Source: Chrysomallon squamiferum (lineage: Eukaryota; Animalia; Mollusca). From it: a stretch of 64,000 bases of DNA. The notes beneath the pieces are model-generated. The model was given only the letters and a program-made list of their open reading frames with translations. It was not told the origin of the DNA and made no database searches. This document shows, piece after piece, positions 26,740 through 40,898 of this stretch. A program made the translations under genes and the position numbers. Position 1 is the first letter of the stretch. Each line of letters opens with the position of its first letter. Where the stretch lies: the NCBI GenBank assembly GCA_012295275.1, contig CM022676.1, positions 5,394,001 to 5,458,000 of the forward strand, read 5' to 3'.

Positions 26740-28090
26740 CAAAATGGACCAGCTATTTGAGGTCATCGTAATGGTCCGAAGAACTGATGCCCAGGTATCA
26801 AACTGGACCAAAGATACCCTGGATCAATGATACCAAGTCTTTACACTGGACAATGATCCCCAGGTATCTAACTGATCAGTAATACCTGTCATTACATACT
26901 GGACAATGGTGCCAAAGTATCAAACTGGATCAATGACACCAAGTCATTATCCTGGATCATTGAAGCCCTGGTATCAAACTGAATCAATGACACCAAGTCA
27001 TTATACTGGACCAATGATACCCAAGTATAAAACTGGATCAATGATACCAAGTCATTACACTGGACCAATGATGCCCAAGTATAAAACTGGATCAATGATA
27101 CCAATTCATTACACTGGACCAATGATACCCAAGTATCAAACTGGATCAATGATACCAAGTCATTATACTGGACCAATGATACCCAAGTATCAAACTGGAT
27201 CAATGATACAAAGTCATTATACTGGACCAATGATACCCAAATATCAAACTGGATCAATAATACCAAATCATTATCCTAGACTAATGATACCCTGGTATTA
27301 AACTGGGTCTATAATACCAAGTCATTATACTGGACCACTGATGCCATGGTATCAAACTGGATCAATGATACCAAGTCATTATACTGGACCACTGATGCCA
27401 TGGTATCAAACTGGATCAACGATACCAAGCCATTGCACTGGACCAATGATGCTCAAGTATCCAACTGGATCAATGACACCAAGTCATTGCACTAGACTAA
27501 TGATGCCCTGGTATTAAACTGGATCTTTAATATCAAGTCATTATACTGGATCAATGATACCAAGCCATTATCCTAGACCAATGATGCTCAAGTATCCAAC
27601 TGGATCAATGACACCAAGTCATTATACTGGACTAATGATGCCCTGGTATCAAACTGCATCAATAATACCAAGTCATTGCACTGGACCAATGATGCCCTGG
27701 TATCAAACTGGATCAATGACACCAAGTCATTGCACTGGACTAATGATGCCCTGGTATCAAACTGGATCAATGACACTAAGTCATTGCACTGGACAAATGA
27801 TGCCCTGGTATCAAACTGGATCAGTGATGCCAAGTCATTATCCTAGAGCAATGATGCCCTGGTATCAAACTGGAGCAATAATACCAAGTCACTGCACTGG
27901 ATCAATGACACCCTGGTATTAAACTGGATCAATGATACCAAGTCATTGCACTGGACAAATGATGCCCTGGTATTAAACTGGATCAGTGACACCAATGATG
28001 CCCTGGTATCAAATTGGATCAATGACACCAAGTCATTATACTAGACTAATGATGCCCTGGTATCAAACTGGATCAGTGATATCAAGTCAG
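26740..28090. repeat. 54-bp minisatellite built from two related 26/28-bp halves, roughly 24 copies
   Basis: Unit ggtatcaaactggatcaatgacaccaagtcattgcactggactaatgatgccct; 18-aa periodic ORFs on both strands. Confidence 0.95.
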
Positions 28091-28305
28091 CTCTAAGAAC
28101 TACAGATGGGCAAGAAGAGGAAGAGAAAAAGGAAAAGGAAAAAAAAAAAAACCCAACCAACCTATTATCATTGTGTGTAATTAATTTTTTTTTTCTAACA
28201 ATTGACAACACTTGTGTACATTAACTGTCACTGAATCAATTTTCTGTGAATGTTCTTGTTACGTACAAAAGCGTTGTTCTTGCGTTGTAGTAATCATGCT
28301 ATTAC

Positions 28306-28434
28306 CTCTTATTGATTTTTCTGGCATGCTGCTTGGCACCGATGATCTGGCAAATGGAATAACGAAAGCTATCGGAATATCTGCTGAGTTGCTACTATCA
28401 GGTGGACATATTAAACATTGCCATACTGATTGAA
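28306..28434 (-). CDS. cic: candidate upstream cic exon (symmetric 129 nt; could supply MPEKSIR in frame with the giant exon)
   Basis: Complexity island in an AT-rich intron; ttccag| acceptor, AG|gtaata donor, open frame, phase 1 matches the 22790 acceptor. Confidence 0.4.
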
Positions 28435-30580
28435 CTGGAAATTATGGAGATGTGTAGTGGAAAGGTATTTTTTTTGTTTGTACAAGAATGTGAGGGTAAA
28501 AATAATAATAAATAGCATTAAAATATTTCTTAAGTAAAAAAAAATGTGTTTGTGTGTGTGTGTGTGTTTTTAATTTTTAAATATTTTTTTAAAATTTTTT
28601 ATTGGTTTTAAATTTTAAAAGAAATGCATGAAATCAATTTTTCTTTTCTTTTTCAAAACATGTTTTTGTAAAATGTTGTACATACAAAAAATAAAATTAT
28701 GTTTTATGTGATCATTTTTCCTATGAATGAATACAATTTTAATTCAGATGATAAAACCGTATTAATTAAATATCTCACTTTAAAATCCAAATTTAATTTT
28801 TCCTGCAGTTTCCATGACAATTTTACCAGTAAAAAGTGAAATGCTAGAAGAATCGAGAACCAAAATAACTAAAATACATGTGATAATCAACCAGATCTAA
28901 AATACAAAAGTTTTTCGTCAGTTTCAAATTATTACTGGAGTTTAGTTGCAGGATAAAGATCAAAGCACCTGTAATAGTTTTGCTTATAAAATTTTAAAAG
29001 ATTTTGAAACGGTATCCATCTTAATAACAAGATTTAAAACATGAAGTACACTGCACAATTTGTCATTGCTAAGATTTTAACTGTAAAATATATTTTAATC
29101 AGATTAAATTATGAAATTTTTATTTGCTAGTTTTAACATATGAACTAACCCTACCACTTTTTGTCTGTTTTAAGATATTTGTCATGCACTAAACTCACAG
29201 AACTGTTAGTTTTTAATAATCAACATAACATAAAAAAACAAAACAATTGTGGTATGAAGCAGTAATCTGTTTGTGTTCTGCTGGATTTATTTCCGTCTAT
29301 CTCATTTAGTGGCTAAGTACAACAAGAAAGAAAAGACTCCAGTTAAAAAAATATCTGACCACAGTGTTATATATCTATACATGATACCATCATGCTTGAA
29401 TTGGACCAACCTGCCCTGTTCTCTTCTAGATTGTACTATTAGTATCAGTACTGATTTGATATGTGACCCATCACATTAAAACAGGTATCAAGTCATACAA
29501 CCAAGATTTGAACTTTAGCCAACAACTGAGGCATGAAGATTTTTTTTTAAAAATCTACTGTCTTGTTAAAAAAATTATATGATCTTATACATAACCTTAC
29601 CTCTGTGATATAGTGATTTAATTGGCAGATATTAGAGGTACTGTTATTAACAATGTTATTTGCTGGGTATACAAGACACCCACAGATTTGTCAGGCAGTA
29701 TATCTGCAACTAAACATGATACAGTAATGAATTCAGCTTGAGAATTAAGCTTATGGAATCAGGAATCTGAAAATGGTTGAACCTCCAAATCAGCCAAAAA
29801 TGTGATTCACAACCTGATTTGATCTCACAGATCACACATGTGACACAAAATGGCGTTATGCAAATGTTTTCCAGCGTAAATTATTTTATGACCAGTCTTT
29901 ATTAACAATGACAGATCATTTGAACTGTATAAATAATAAATAATAAAGTACACTTAATGTTTATATACTGTTCATTCATGCTGCAAAAGACAGAAAGCCT
30001 TAAGAGCTATAAAATATCTATGTACCTATGTTGTATTATACACTTTGATGGGATGTGGTTTTATCTGAATAACGTAATTAAAATTTAAATGACCGGGGGT
30101 CATTTTTAAAAATGAAAGTTTGTTAGCTTTATATTTTTGTTCTGAAGGATTATTTTTAAAATATGTATACTGAGGGTGAAGTTTAAAATAAAAACATAGT
30201 ATATGTCATTTTATTTGTTAATTTTGTTATATGTTTGAATATGGATGTTGGGACATGGAATAAAATTAAAAACATTTTAACTCTTCTCTTTGACTTTTTC
30301 TGTTATTATTAACAAACAAAATGAAATACTTTTGTAAGCTGGTTTTCTCTTCTGATATAAACGACAGGTTTTTTTTAAACAGGACATAATAATACTTTAT
30401 GCAGAGCACTCATAAATTTTACTCTTCCAAATTGCAACTCATAAATATTTTAATTCTATGACAATAGCAAAGAAATAATTTTTGATTTATTTCTCCGAAT
30501 GGTGTTAAAATTTAGGCAAGACATGACAATGGAACATTATTTAAAGCCTTAATTATGAATACACTGTTTAATTTTTTTAA

Positions 30581-30622
<42 letters not shown>

Positions 30623-32539
30623 GAACATAAAAAAAGCAGTACAATTTTAAAGTATTCAAATAAAAAAAAGTGCAATTCAGGAACAAACAGGAAACAAAAA
30701 AAACAACAACAACAAAAATTGATCTTTAAACTCTGCAGATTTTGTAATAATAATACAAGTAACCCTAAACTTTTAACTGGTTTTTTTATTTTTTTTTTTT
30801 TTTTTTTCAAAAAGAAATCTAATAAAATTAATTATATAATTTTTTTTTATCACCAAACAATAAAACCAAATGTATTTTCAAAGTACATGTTACCTCCAAA
30901 AAGTATTAAAGTCAATAATGTAAATATAAAAATGCTGTTATGGTTAAGTTTAGACTAATATTCCAGAACTAACTCCAAACAGAAAATTTTGAGTTTGATT
31001 TCTAATTAATTTATGAAGATAACTGACTGAAATTCTATACACTATCAGTGTCTTGGCTTAACTAGAATGAAAACTCAGTTTTCTCCGGAAATAAGAATTA
31101 ATGCAGTGATTTACGATGACCTGGAATTGATTAAAATCATCATGAATTTATAATTACCTCTGTGCATTAATAAGATTTATTTAGTGACAACTGAGAGATT
31201 TTACTAATTTGATGAAATTAGAAAAAAAAATAATAATAATAACATTCGCTATTACTTAGCATGTTATTCTTCTGATTAGCAGTAACACATATTTTATATC
31301 AACCTTCCCACAATGAAAAAAAAAAGAAGATAATAATAAACAGAGCATTGGTAGTATTGGGAAATAATCTAATGTGTACAGTACAAAGGACTGAATCTGG
31401 TATCTGCCCTGTCACAGATATAAACCACTGAGCTATTGCCTGTTCTTTGTGATAAATAAGTTCTGAGCACAAAGTGGAATGGGATATTAAGTAGGAAATT
31501 TGTTCTGGCAGCTGGTGCTCTAAGTGACAACCTTGTTTGCCTAATGGATAACGTCAACCATGATTTGGACGACATTTGCATTAACAATTATTGATTTTGT
31601 TTTCATAAATCAAAATTTAATCAATGAAGTATTTGCTTCATGTACAACACAGCAAGATTTATTTTTTCATTTTTGAAAGGCCTATAGTGCTACTGTTGAG
31701 TTTTTTTTGGGAGGTGAGGGAAAGAAAGTGCAATTTACTTTTTCTTTCTTGCTACAGATGTTGAATTTTTTTAAATTAATATTTTAACAGCTTTTTTTTT
31801 CTTCTACAAGCTGCAGAAATATTAAACTCACTAACAAGGACCAATACTGCAATCTTTGAGCTAAAGTGAACAGAAATACAGTATCACTATTACCAAACTA
31901 GAATTTAAATTCAAATCGTTAGTTTTTCTTGCTGTTTTATTTATCTATATTGAATTAAGAGTAATGATTTAAATCGGTTCAGGTTGAAGGTCTCAAAGTC
32001 GACACTCAGAAACCTGTAAAGTCCCAGAACTCAACCAGAACTGAGAAAATTCATATACTCGGCAGCAGTCCCACAACACAGAATTATTTCACCACTATGC
32101 GCCAATTTTAACAAAGTGCTTATCACTGTACAGTGTCTTATGCTTTGTTTTTGGACACTTGTCAACATTATTACACTACATTGCCATGAAAATATGACCT
32201 TCACCCCCTTCAAATACCCAAGATCTCCCCCACTTGGTGCTATTATGAAGAAAAGAAAGAATGAAGTGGGAGTATAATGGATAAAAAAAAAAAAAAAATT
32301 GATCTTTTGAAGAGGTCAGATCCAGGAACATCAGTGTACAAACCCAGTGAACAGTTTGGTGTTGGCTCCTCAACTGTGTATGACCTTAATTCATGTACAG
32401 GATCCAGAGACTATAACTGAGTATACATACAGTATATTAATGTCCTTAAAGTCTACAAACTATACCAGTCAACACAGCATTGGTCCAAAACAATGCCAAG
32501 TTTGAGATCTTCAAACTGCACTATTAGCAGACCGTCAAA

Positions 32540-32617
32540 ACCCCGCCAACAGGATTTGAACCCGGGACCTATCAGTTTTTCAAAACTGTGACTGCCTATC
32601 TGTTCAGCATTCAGGGT
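32540..32617 (-). pseudogene. tRNA-like pseudogene or SINE head
   Basis: B-box GGTTCAAATCC, hairpin cagtt-ttgaaa-aactg, partial acceptor stem accctg/cggggt, T4 run at the 3' end; D-arm degenerate. Confidence 0.45.
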
Positions 32618-35600
32618 AATGAATGACTGACTGTCCTAGTATTGTTTTGATGCCACTGTTTTCAGTACCACCTGTTACAAAAGCAGACTGTTATTGAAAC
32701 ATTTTAGTAGCAGTAGTAATATGAAAAACAAAACCATTTCAGTGTCGTCAGTGAGTATAATACTATAACACAGCTATAAAAGGCTTTATACAACTCAGTT
32801 ATAAGCTTATAAAATATAGACATAAAAATATTTTAGTATTGTTTAAAACAGTTTGAACAATATAATAAAACTAATTGAAACAGTTTTTTTTTTTTTCCAT
32901 TATAAAATATGTTGTTACTAACAGACTTTTTGACATTATTATAATATATATATATATATATTTTTAAGATTATAGGAGCTGCAAAATAATTATCATAAGG
33001 TTATTTATGATATAAACTGTTGAAAAAAGAACCTTTAACTTAACAAAGAAGTTAACACTGAAAAAAAAAACTTTGGTGTTTTTAAATATTAAGGGCTGCA
33101 AACAACAAAAATAACTACCACAACAACAACAAACAAAAAAAACATTGGTAATAAAAATAGTTATAAAATAATACAATTAATTTTTCTTTCTTAAATATTC
33201 TATTTATGGTGCATAATTATCACCAGAAACAATATGTAAAAAAAAAAAAAAAAATAAAAAAATAAAAATGGTTTAATATTAACAAGAACTGCACACAAGA
33301 TCAGAAACTATTGTAAGTTATTTGTTTCTGCGTTGCTGAATCTAACCACTATGTATTCCCAGCTGGTAACTTTAGCCATCAAGTCTGAAAGTACTTTTGT
33401 GCTATTTTTAGCTATTTTTCGTACACGGAGTTATCCCACTTGAGACCTCCAGCTCAGAGCACATCAATGTACTCACAAGGGGAAAAACATCGACAACAAA
33501 ACGTGAAAATATTTTAAACTGGTCACAGCTGAACTTGTCCGTAGTAATTTTTATATATACAGTCCACAGTAAATTACATTTATACAGTTCATAGTAATTT
33601 TTATAGACACAGATCATAGTAATTTTTATCAAAAGAGGTCATAGTAATTTTGATATAATACACACAAACACAAACAAATTCAAACATCTTGTAACCCAGT
33701 AGGAATATATCGGCCATTTACATCCACATTTTGAACTGGAAGTAATCAAACTTATTTTAATTATTACAGTCATTTTTTTTTTCTTCTTTGTTAACAAACT
33801 TGGAAATATAGTAAAGTAGGTCAACATCAGCTTATTTATTTACTAGACATTGCTCAGCTATTTTTACTTTTATTTATTTCTATCTTTTTTTTTTTTTTTT
33901 TTTTTTTTTTTAGCACACTTGGAAATATGGTAAAGCAATAACAACATTTCAACTGTTTTCATCCATGTTTTAAAATGCTTTTTTAATTACCATACTCGTT
34001 CGCACAGACCCTTAACAAACCTGTAATCCAGTAACAACATAATCGACTGTTTCTTCGTATTTTAAATCTGTCATGGCCTTAACTGGGCTACAGTCATTTG
34101 GTACGTATTCATTGGTCTGTTTAATGATTATTCTTGTCAAAAAAAAACTTGCAACACATTGGGCCGTCAAAATTTTTCAATAATTTGTTTGGTCTCGTAA
34201 GTACAAAAAGTAATTTTTTTTTTAAATTTAAATGATGGTTTCAACAAATTCAAGACAGTTTAAAATCAGCAATGTCATATTCTACCATCAACAATTTTCT
34301 ATACATTCAAAAACTGACTGCTCTCACTAGTGCAAACAATATTTATAAAATTACAAATGATTTGAAACAGTAAACATAGCTTTATAATATAAACATTCTG
34401 GTTCACTATCCTATTTTACACACATCTCTAATAGTTGTGGCTTAGAAGGACCAGCAAATAACACTAACTAGATATTGATCTATTTTAATCTTTAAAAAAA
34501 ACTGTGTTACTCATCTTTAACTGGTCCAGAAGGAATATATTTAGTCATTAGATCGGTCTACTGAACGCTTAAAACACATTCTTTTTACTGGTACAAAAAA
34601 TAATGTTTGTCACTTCACTGATTTATTGACAACTTGTCCTGTTAACAAACTAGGATTCATTTTAATTTAGCCCATAGTATGTGGCTTCCTGTTTGTGGGA
34701 AGGTACATAAATAACCTATCTGACTGACTGGGTTTTTTTTTTTTTTACTGAAAACAAATAACCCACAGCAAAACAGGTGTAATGTTCCGGTGTATGTATG
34801 CCTGACAGAAACATGAAAAATAAAAATACATTGGAATTTTTTTTTTTTTTAAATATTGAGTACACTTTTCAGTATTTAAAACATCTCATATTTCTAGTCA
34901 GTATTCTCATATCAGTAAAAAAAAAAAAACAATCAATTCATTTTGGTTATATCGAAATCTGTAATCAATGTAAAGATGTATTTCCATTCTTGAAAATAGT
35001 TACAAAACTGTTTCTGAAAATGTTCAAACCAATGAAGTGGTAAGTAGCTGTAGCTGCTGCTGCTGCTGCTGTTGTTGTGTTAACACATGCAGTGCACGTA
35101 ATCTCTTGATTAACTGGGTCGTATTTTATAGTAATTGTAAAATTTGTGAGTTTTAACCAGAACTACAGGGTTTTAATAACTGAATTCAACACAGGCACAA
35201 TATTTAACAAGTAATGATATATATATATAGGAAAATGTACTGACAAATTTAACATCCCTTTAGGCTGAAGTAATAAAACATATTAAAAAATGTATATCGT
35301 GACTTCCTTATAAATACAGTCCCCTAATCAACTGAATTTGTAATGTATATTCAAAACATACCTATGAAAATAAATATATTTAGATATCTATATTCTGAAA
35401 CGTAAAGTGTTATGATGATATATAACAGAAAGTGTGGAAAATTCTAGTTACTAGTTATTGAACTGTGTGGTTAATTTAGTTTGGGTTCTTTTCAAATGCA
35501 ATCAGCCGATGTGGTATGTGTCTGTATTAATTCTATATATATATAATTTTTAATTATAAAAGTTGTCTAGCAAATTTTGTAATTTATTTTTTTATTTTAT

Positions 35601-36207
35601 TTTTTAAGAGAAAATAATTCATTCCTTGATCTCTTCTGAAGAAAATATTTGCAAGAAAACAATATTTGGCAGGTGGGTTTCAAATTTGTGGGGTCCGTTC
35701 ATATTTCTAGTGGGTGTAATCCACCAAATTTAAGCCAGGTGTGATCAGCCAAACTGAAAAAGTGTAGATTAAACAACTTTATTCTAAACAAATGTTGAGG
35801 TCGTCACTGTTGCTTAAACTTGCAGTGAACTCGTCGCATTTCTTGTGACCTCGCCAAGATAAAAAGTGACCGACACGATATGGAAAATGGCTGGCAGTGT
35901 GTGTGCGACACAAATTTGTTGCACTTTTAACAATACATAAATTAGACGTACGTGAAACTGTATTTTCTCTTACTCCTTGAATTCCTCCGATCTTTCGAGC
36001 AGAAACAGCTGCGAGGTGACAATCACTCGACGAAGCTAAGTGACACGAAAAAAAGCAGTCGATGCCTTTCCGATCACAAAAGATGTGACGTTAAGGTGCG
36101 CGTTGCATCGAGACCTAACTTACTGTACTAATACACAAAATAGTTCACCAAAACAAATCTAAATAACAAACTGAAATACACAAAATCAAGAACACTGGGT
36201 ATTTTAC

Positions 36208-36304
36208 CTTTAAAGATGTCTAAGCATCTTGTCGTGTTGCACAATCGTCATTTAATTTTTCACAACTTGCTCCAGACCAGTCCGGAGCTAAAAATGGTGA
36301 ATGA
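36208..36304 (-). other. cic: putative non-coding first exon of cic, with a 13-codon uORF (MTIVQHDKMLRHL*)
   Basis: Inr-like TCATTC at 36304-36299, YY1-like CCATTTT just downstream, donor AAG|gtaaaa at 36206-07. Confidence 0.55.
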
Positions 36305-36720
36305 GCATTCTGTCTGTAATTTACATTTCTGATTGGCTGTTACAACACCACGTGCTCGACACCACTATACGTCATCGCTGAATAGAGAAGTTCAATGACT
36401 CTGATTGGTTGAAAATTCCAGGGTCTCACCAGTATTGTTTATTCACCGCTTACTATTGCCGAGGTGGCCTTACAACTAACGATTATTTTGCACATAATAT
36501 TTAACACTCAGTATCAGAATGCATTTCAGCATAAAGTTAAAATGCTATTATGAAGATATAACCATAAGCAAAATGCATTCTACATTCTGGAGGATGTACG
36601 TGAGCAAAATAACCTATTTCATGAACAAAGACAGGTCAGTGAGAGCTTACAACCAATCAAAATCCATGATCTTAAGTATGCGACAGATTGAACCAATGAA
36701 ACTTGCGTTTTCTCGGTCAA
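36299..36720. promoter_or_regulatory. putative cic core promoter, possibly bidirectional
   Basis: CCAAT boxes on the minus strand (about 36331 and 36403) and plus strand (about 36651 and 36692), E-box CACGTG at 36349, CRE-like TACGTCA at 36368; CpG-richer than the cic introns. Confidence 0.6.
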
Positions 36721-39700
36721 CGTCTGTAAATGGAATCTGGGTAACACGCTTGAGCATAATGTGTATGCAGTTACTATGCGGGTTTACTACAAGCATTAAC
36801 TATACAGGTTTACGGGCCTACGATAAATTGCACACACGCCCGGCGGTTGCTTTGCTGATGTCATTTTTCCATCTTTTCTAGAAAGTGGAAAGTGTTTTGT
36901 TTTTTCAGTCGATGACATTCATATTTTATTCATCAAATCTGATTTGTATTTTCTAACTGTATAGTCCAGGGAAAATGTATTTCTTCTGCAGAATTTTAAA
37001 TTATATCTTATATATTTCTCCACATAAGAATAGTGATTTAAGTGGAGAGGGGAAAAAAAAAAAATAGGGCATTTATCGAGGACACGCCATTTGTCGATCT
37101 AAAACGAAATATTTGCAACCGAAAAATATTAATAATTAAATTTTCAGTAATAATGATTACACAGAAATGCCAACAGAGAGAAAAGCACGTCGTCTTGTCA
37201 TTATCTTTCGTTAATGGATAAAAAATTATAATAAATGAATTGAGGTCAGAGGGAAATTATTCCGGATTAATTTGATACGGAAATACTTTTAACTCAGACC
37301 CGAGATTTAAGATTAGAGATTTCGAGTAATTTTCCTATAAAATATTTCCTTAAATATCATTATTATTTTATCTGTTTCATTAATAATCATTTCAGTAATG
37401 AAATAGTAGAATGCATTTGGGCTCTTTTAAACTGATACGTGCACACACTATATCATTTATATGTTTAATCCGATTATAACGATAATATGTACTCTCGCAC
37501 ACACTGTCTCTCTGTCTGAATGTGGCAATGAATAACGAAGCAAAATATATTATTGTTTTCTTTCTTTCTTTCTTTTTTCTTTTTTTTCTAACCTTTTAAT
37601 AATTTATTTCAAATTCGGAGACATTAGAACAAGAAATAAGACGAATAATTGTATGCATAAAAATTATTGTGTCAAACACAACTGCTTCAAGTTCAGACAG
37701 TACTTATACGTCTAAATTAATGTTCCTTTTTTTTTTTTTAACCGACGTGTCTTTGGCCACACCCTGTGTCACACTACGTCATTATTTGAACAGTCATTTC
37801 ACGAATTTGATCTGCATGCAAATACCACACATGACAACCGAACAAACTGTTTCTCTGTTGCTAAAAATAGATCTGGGCTTGTCAGTGAAAAACTTTTAAG
37901 TTCAGTTACAACGTGGTTTAGACTGACGTTATAAAATAAAATCACACGAGTTTCCACCCAACGTCATCGTCATCACCACTGTAACTACGTCTACAACTAC
38001 CACTACCTCCGTTACTACTACTATTACCATCACCATCACCACTACTATATCAGATTAAGTAGTATTACTACTACCATTACGACTCCTTCCACCATCACTA
38101 TTACATCTACTACTACTATCACAACAACTACCACTATTATCTTACTACTACTACGACCGCTGCTACAGTCACCACCATTACTGTTATTACTACCACTGTT
38201 ACTATTACAGCTACTAGTATCACCATTAATATTTCTACTACTTTTACTATAATATTACTACTATTTTTACCACTACTACTACTAAATATTATTATCGTTG
38301 CTGCTGCTGCTGTTGTTTTTGTTATTTCCATAACATAGACACTCGAATGTTTATTAAGGTTTTTTTTTTTGTTTTTTTTTTTTGTTTGTTTTTGGAAATC
38401 TGATGCTAAAAACTAAACGATGAGTCAAAAGTAAGCACGATTCCTTTTTCATTTATTTATTTTTTTATTTTTTTATTTATTTATTTTTTTTGTTTTAGCT
38501 GTCGGATTCTTTCTGTGAAATCATGTTGTTAATAATTGTCTTACAGTTAAATATATATACATTTTCTTGAATAACTGAATAGATAAACATGTCATTCATT
38601 TATTTTTCCTTCATGCACACTGTGTTGCAATTAATAAAAAAAAAAAAAAAAAAAAATCAGGGACAGCTACATCTTTTAAGATCCAAAATTATACTTTATA
38701 TACATGGATCCGGAAGGGACAGCCACTTTCTCCTTCGTGATATTTTTTCCAAGTTTCGTTCTCTCGTTCTCTCTGATTCTTTACCTAGCCTTGAATATGC
38801 TTATAATAATATGACTGTGGCGTAAAATTAATGAATAATTGCAATTAATTTTGTATTTTAACATAATGTATATCATGATTAACTTTCGCCGTCTAAGATA
38901 TTTTATTCGGAACATCTCGGATAGGTTCGTAAACATTTACCGGCATATCCGAGCTTTTCCGAAAGCAGCAGAAGAGAAACTTTCCAGCTGATCGAAGGCC
39001 GACTATAAATAGGATCGGTGTTTTCCCAGCCAAAGCTAAATATGGGATACTATGTCATTTCCGCTTGCTGTATTTATCGATGAAACGGCTCATGCGCACG
39101 GAAGATAAAATTGTCGCCTTCCTTTTTATTTTTTTCCTTCTTTTAACAAACTCGTTCGTGCGAATTAATGTGACCATTTAGATTTTTTTTTTTTTTTTTT
39201 TTATTATTTTTTTTGTTTTGTTTTGTTATTATGTTACAAAATAAATATGTGATTAATGAATGAAGTATGTGCTTACGTAAGTACATCTTGCAATCGTGAT
39301 AAACAAAGTTTAACCAATCGTTTTTATTGATTTTATCACGGAAAACACTTCCTCATCTTTTTGGCAACTACTATACTACTGTCGCTATTACAACTACTAT
39401 ACTACTGTCGCTATTACAACTACTATACTACTGTCGCTATTACAACTACTACAATTACATACTGTTATTACAACTACTACTATATTATTCTGGCGAGGAT
39501 CCAGCGTTTCTTATGGGATCTGGACCATGACAAAAAAGGCACGATAACATTATGAAAAGGCACTATTGAAAAATTACACGCAGTTCACATTGACCATAAT
39601 ATATAGTGCTACATAACATGGGCGCTGGCAGACGCATTATACAGTCTTCTATACATTAACAGAAATAATAAAAATAATATTAACAATCCTGAAAATCCTA

Positions 39701-39750
39701 AATAAAGGTCACTTCACAAATTTGAAGCGCACCTCTATATATGGGTCCCG

Positions 39751-39803
<53 letters not shown>

Positions 39804-40898
39804 TGTAACTACTACTACCACAATTTCTATTACTATTACACTTTATATATATTACCACAACTACCACCATTACTATTACTACTACTACTACTATTAATTG
39901 TATTATTATAATAGCCATAACATGTACACTAAATGCTTACAAAGTGTCAAAGATATTTCATTACTATTTCTTCTTACACTCTTTGTCTTTTCCAAGTTCT
40001 GATGTTACTTTTATTCTGTAACTACATCCTCGTCGATTAAGGTTACCACTATTGCTGCTGCTGTAACAAAACTGCCACTACCACAGATATTACTATTACC
40101 ACAACTATTATTACTAATTATTACTTCTATATTAGTACTACATCTTTGTTAATTCTTTACAGCCTCGATATCGAAGTAAGAAGCGCGTCGGTCTTGTAAA
40201 TTCAACTGTTACCATTAATGCTGTTACCACAACAAATTCTACTACTACTTTTTAATACCTATCATCATTATTTTTATCATCATCATATTTTCCATCATAT
40301 TAGGCTTATTATCAGAAAAAGTATAAATTATACACATCATAAATACATAATTAAATTTCACTCATTTTCTGGAATTACTAGAAAATCACGTGACTGCATG
40401 CGAAATACCGATGTAAAAATAGTTTGAAATGTCGAACAATCGTTACTTCTTTCAAACACTAACCGCATGACAAAATTAAACAAAATGTGATTTGATTTAT
40501 TTATGCTTAACTCTTACATGTAATTAAACAAATTTGTAATTGTTTTATTAATTTTATATAAGAAAACAAAAGTTTAAATATTCTCAATAAAAAATTAAAC
40601 CGAATTTTTATATTTTATTTACCATATTTTTTTCAATAAAAAATTAAACCGAATTTATATATTTTATTTACCATATAATTTTTTCAATAAAATATTCAAC
40701 CGAATTTAAATATTTTATTTACCATAAAATTGTTTCAGTAATAACTAAACCAAAAATTTAAATAATTTATTAACCATCCATAAATGATTTAAAAAAAAAA
40801 ATAATAATATATATATATATATATATATAATCGTTTCAATAATTAAATACAATTTAAATATCTTACTAACTACACATAATCCCTATAGCAGCTAAAAT

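Noticed and set aside
26740-28090. CRISPR-like or repeat-protein interpretation of the 54-bp array
   Set aside because: No unique spacers, eukaryotic intron context, and frames are interrupted by stops and indels.
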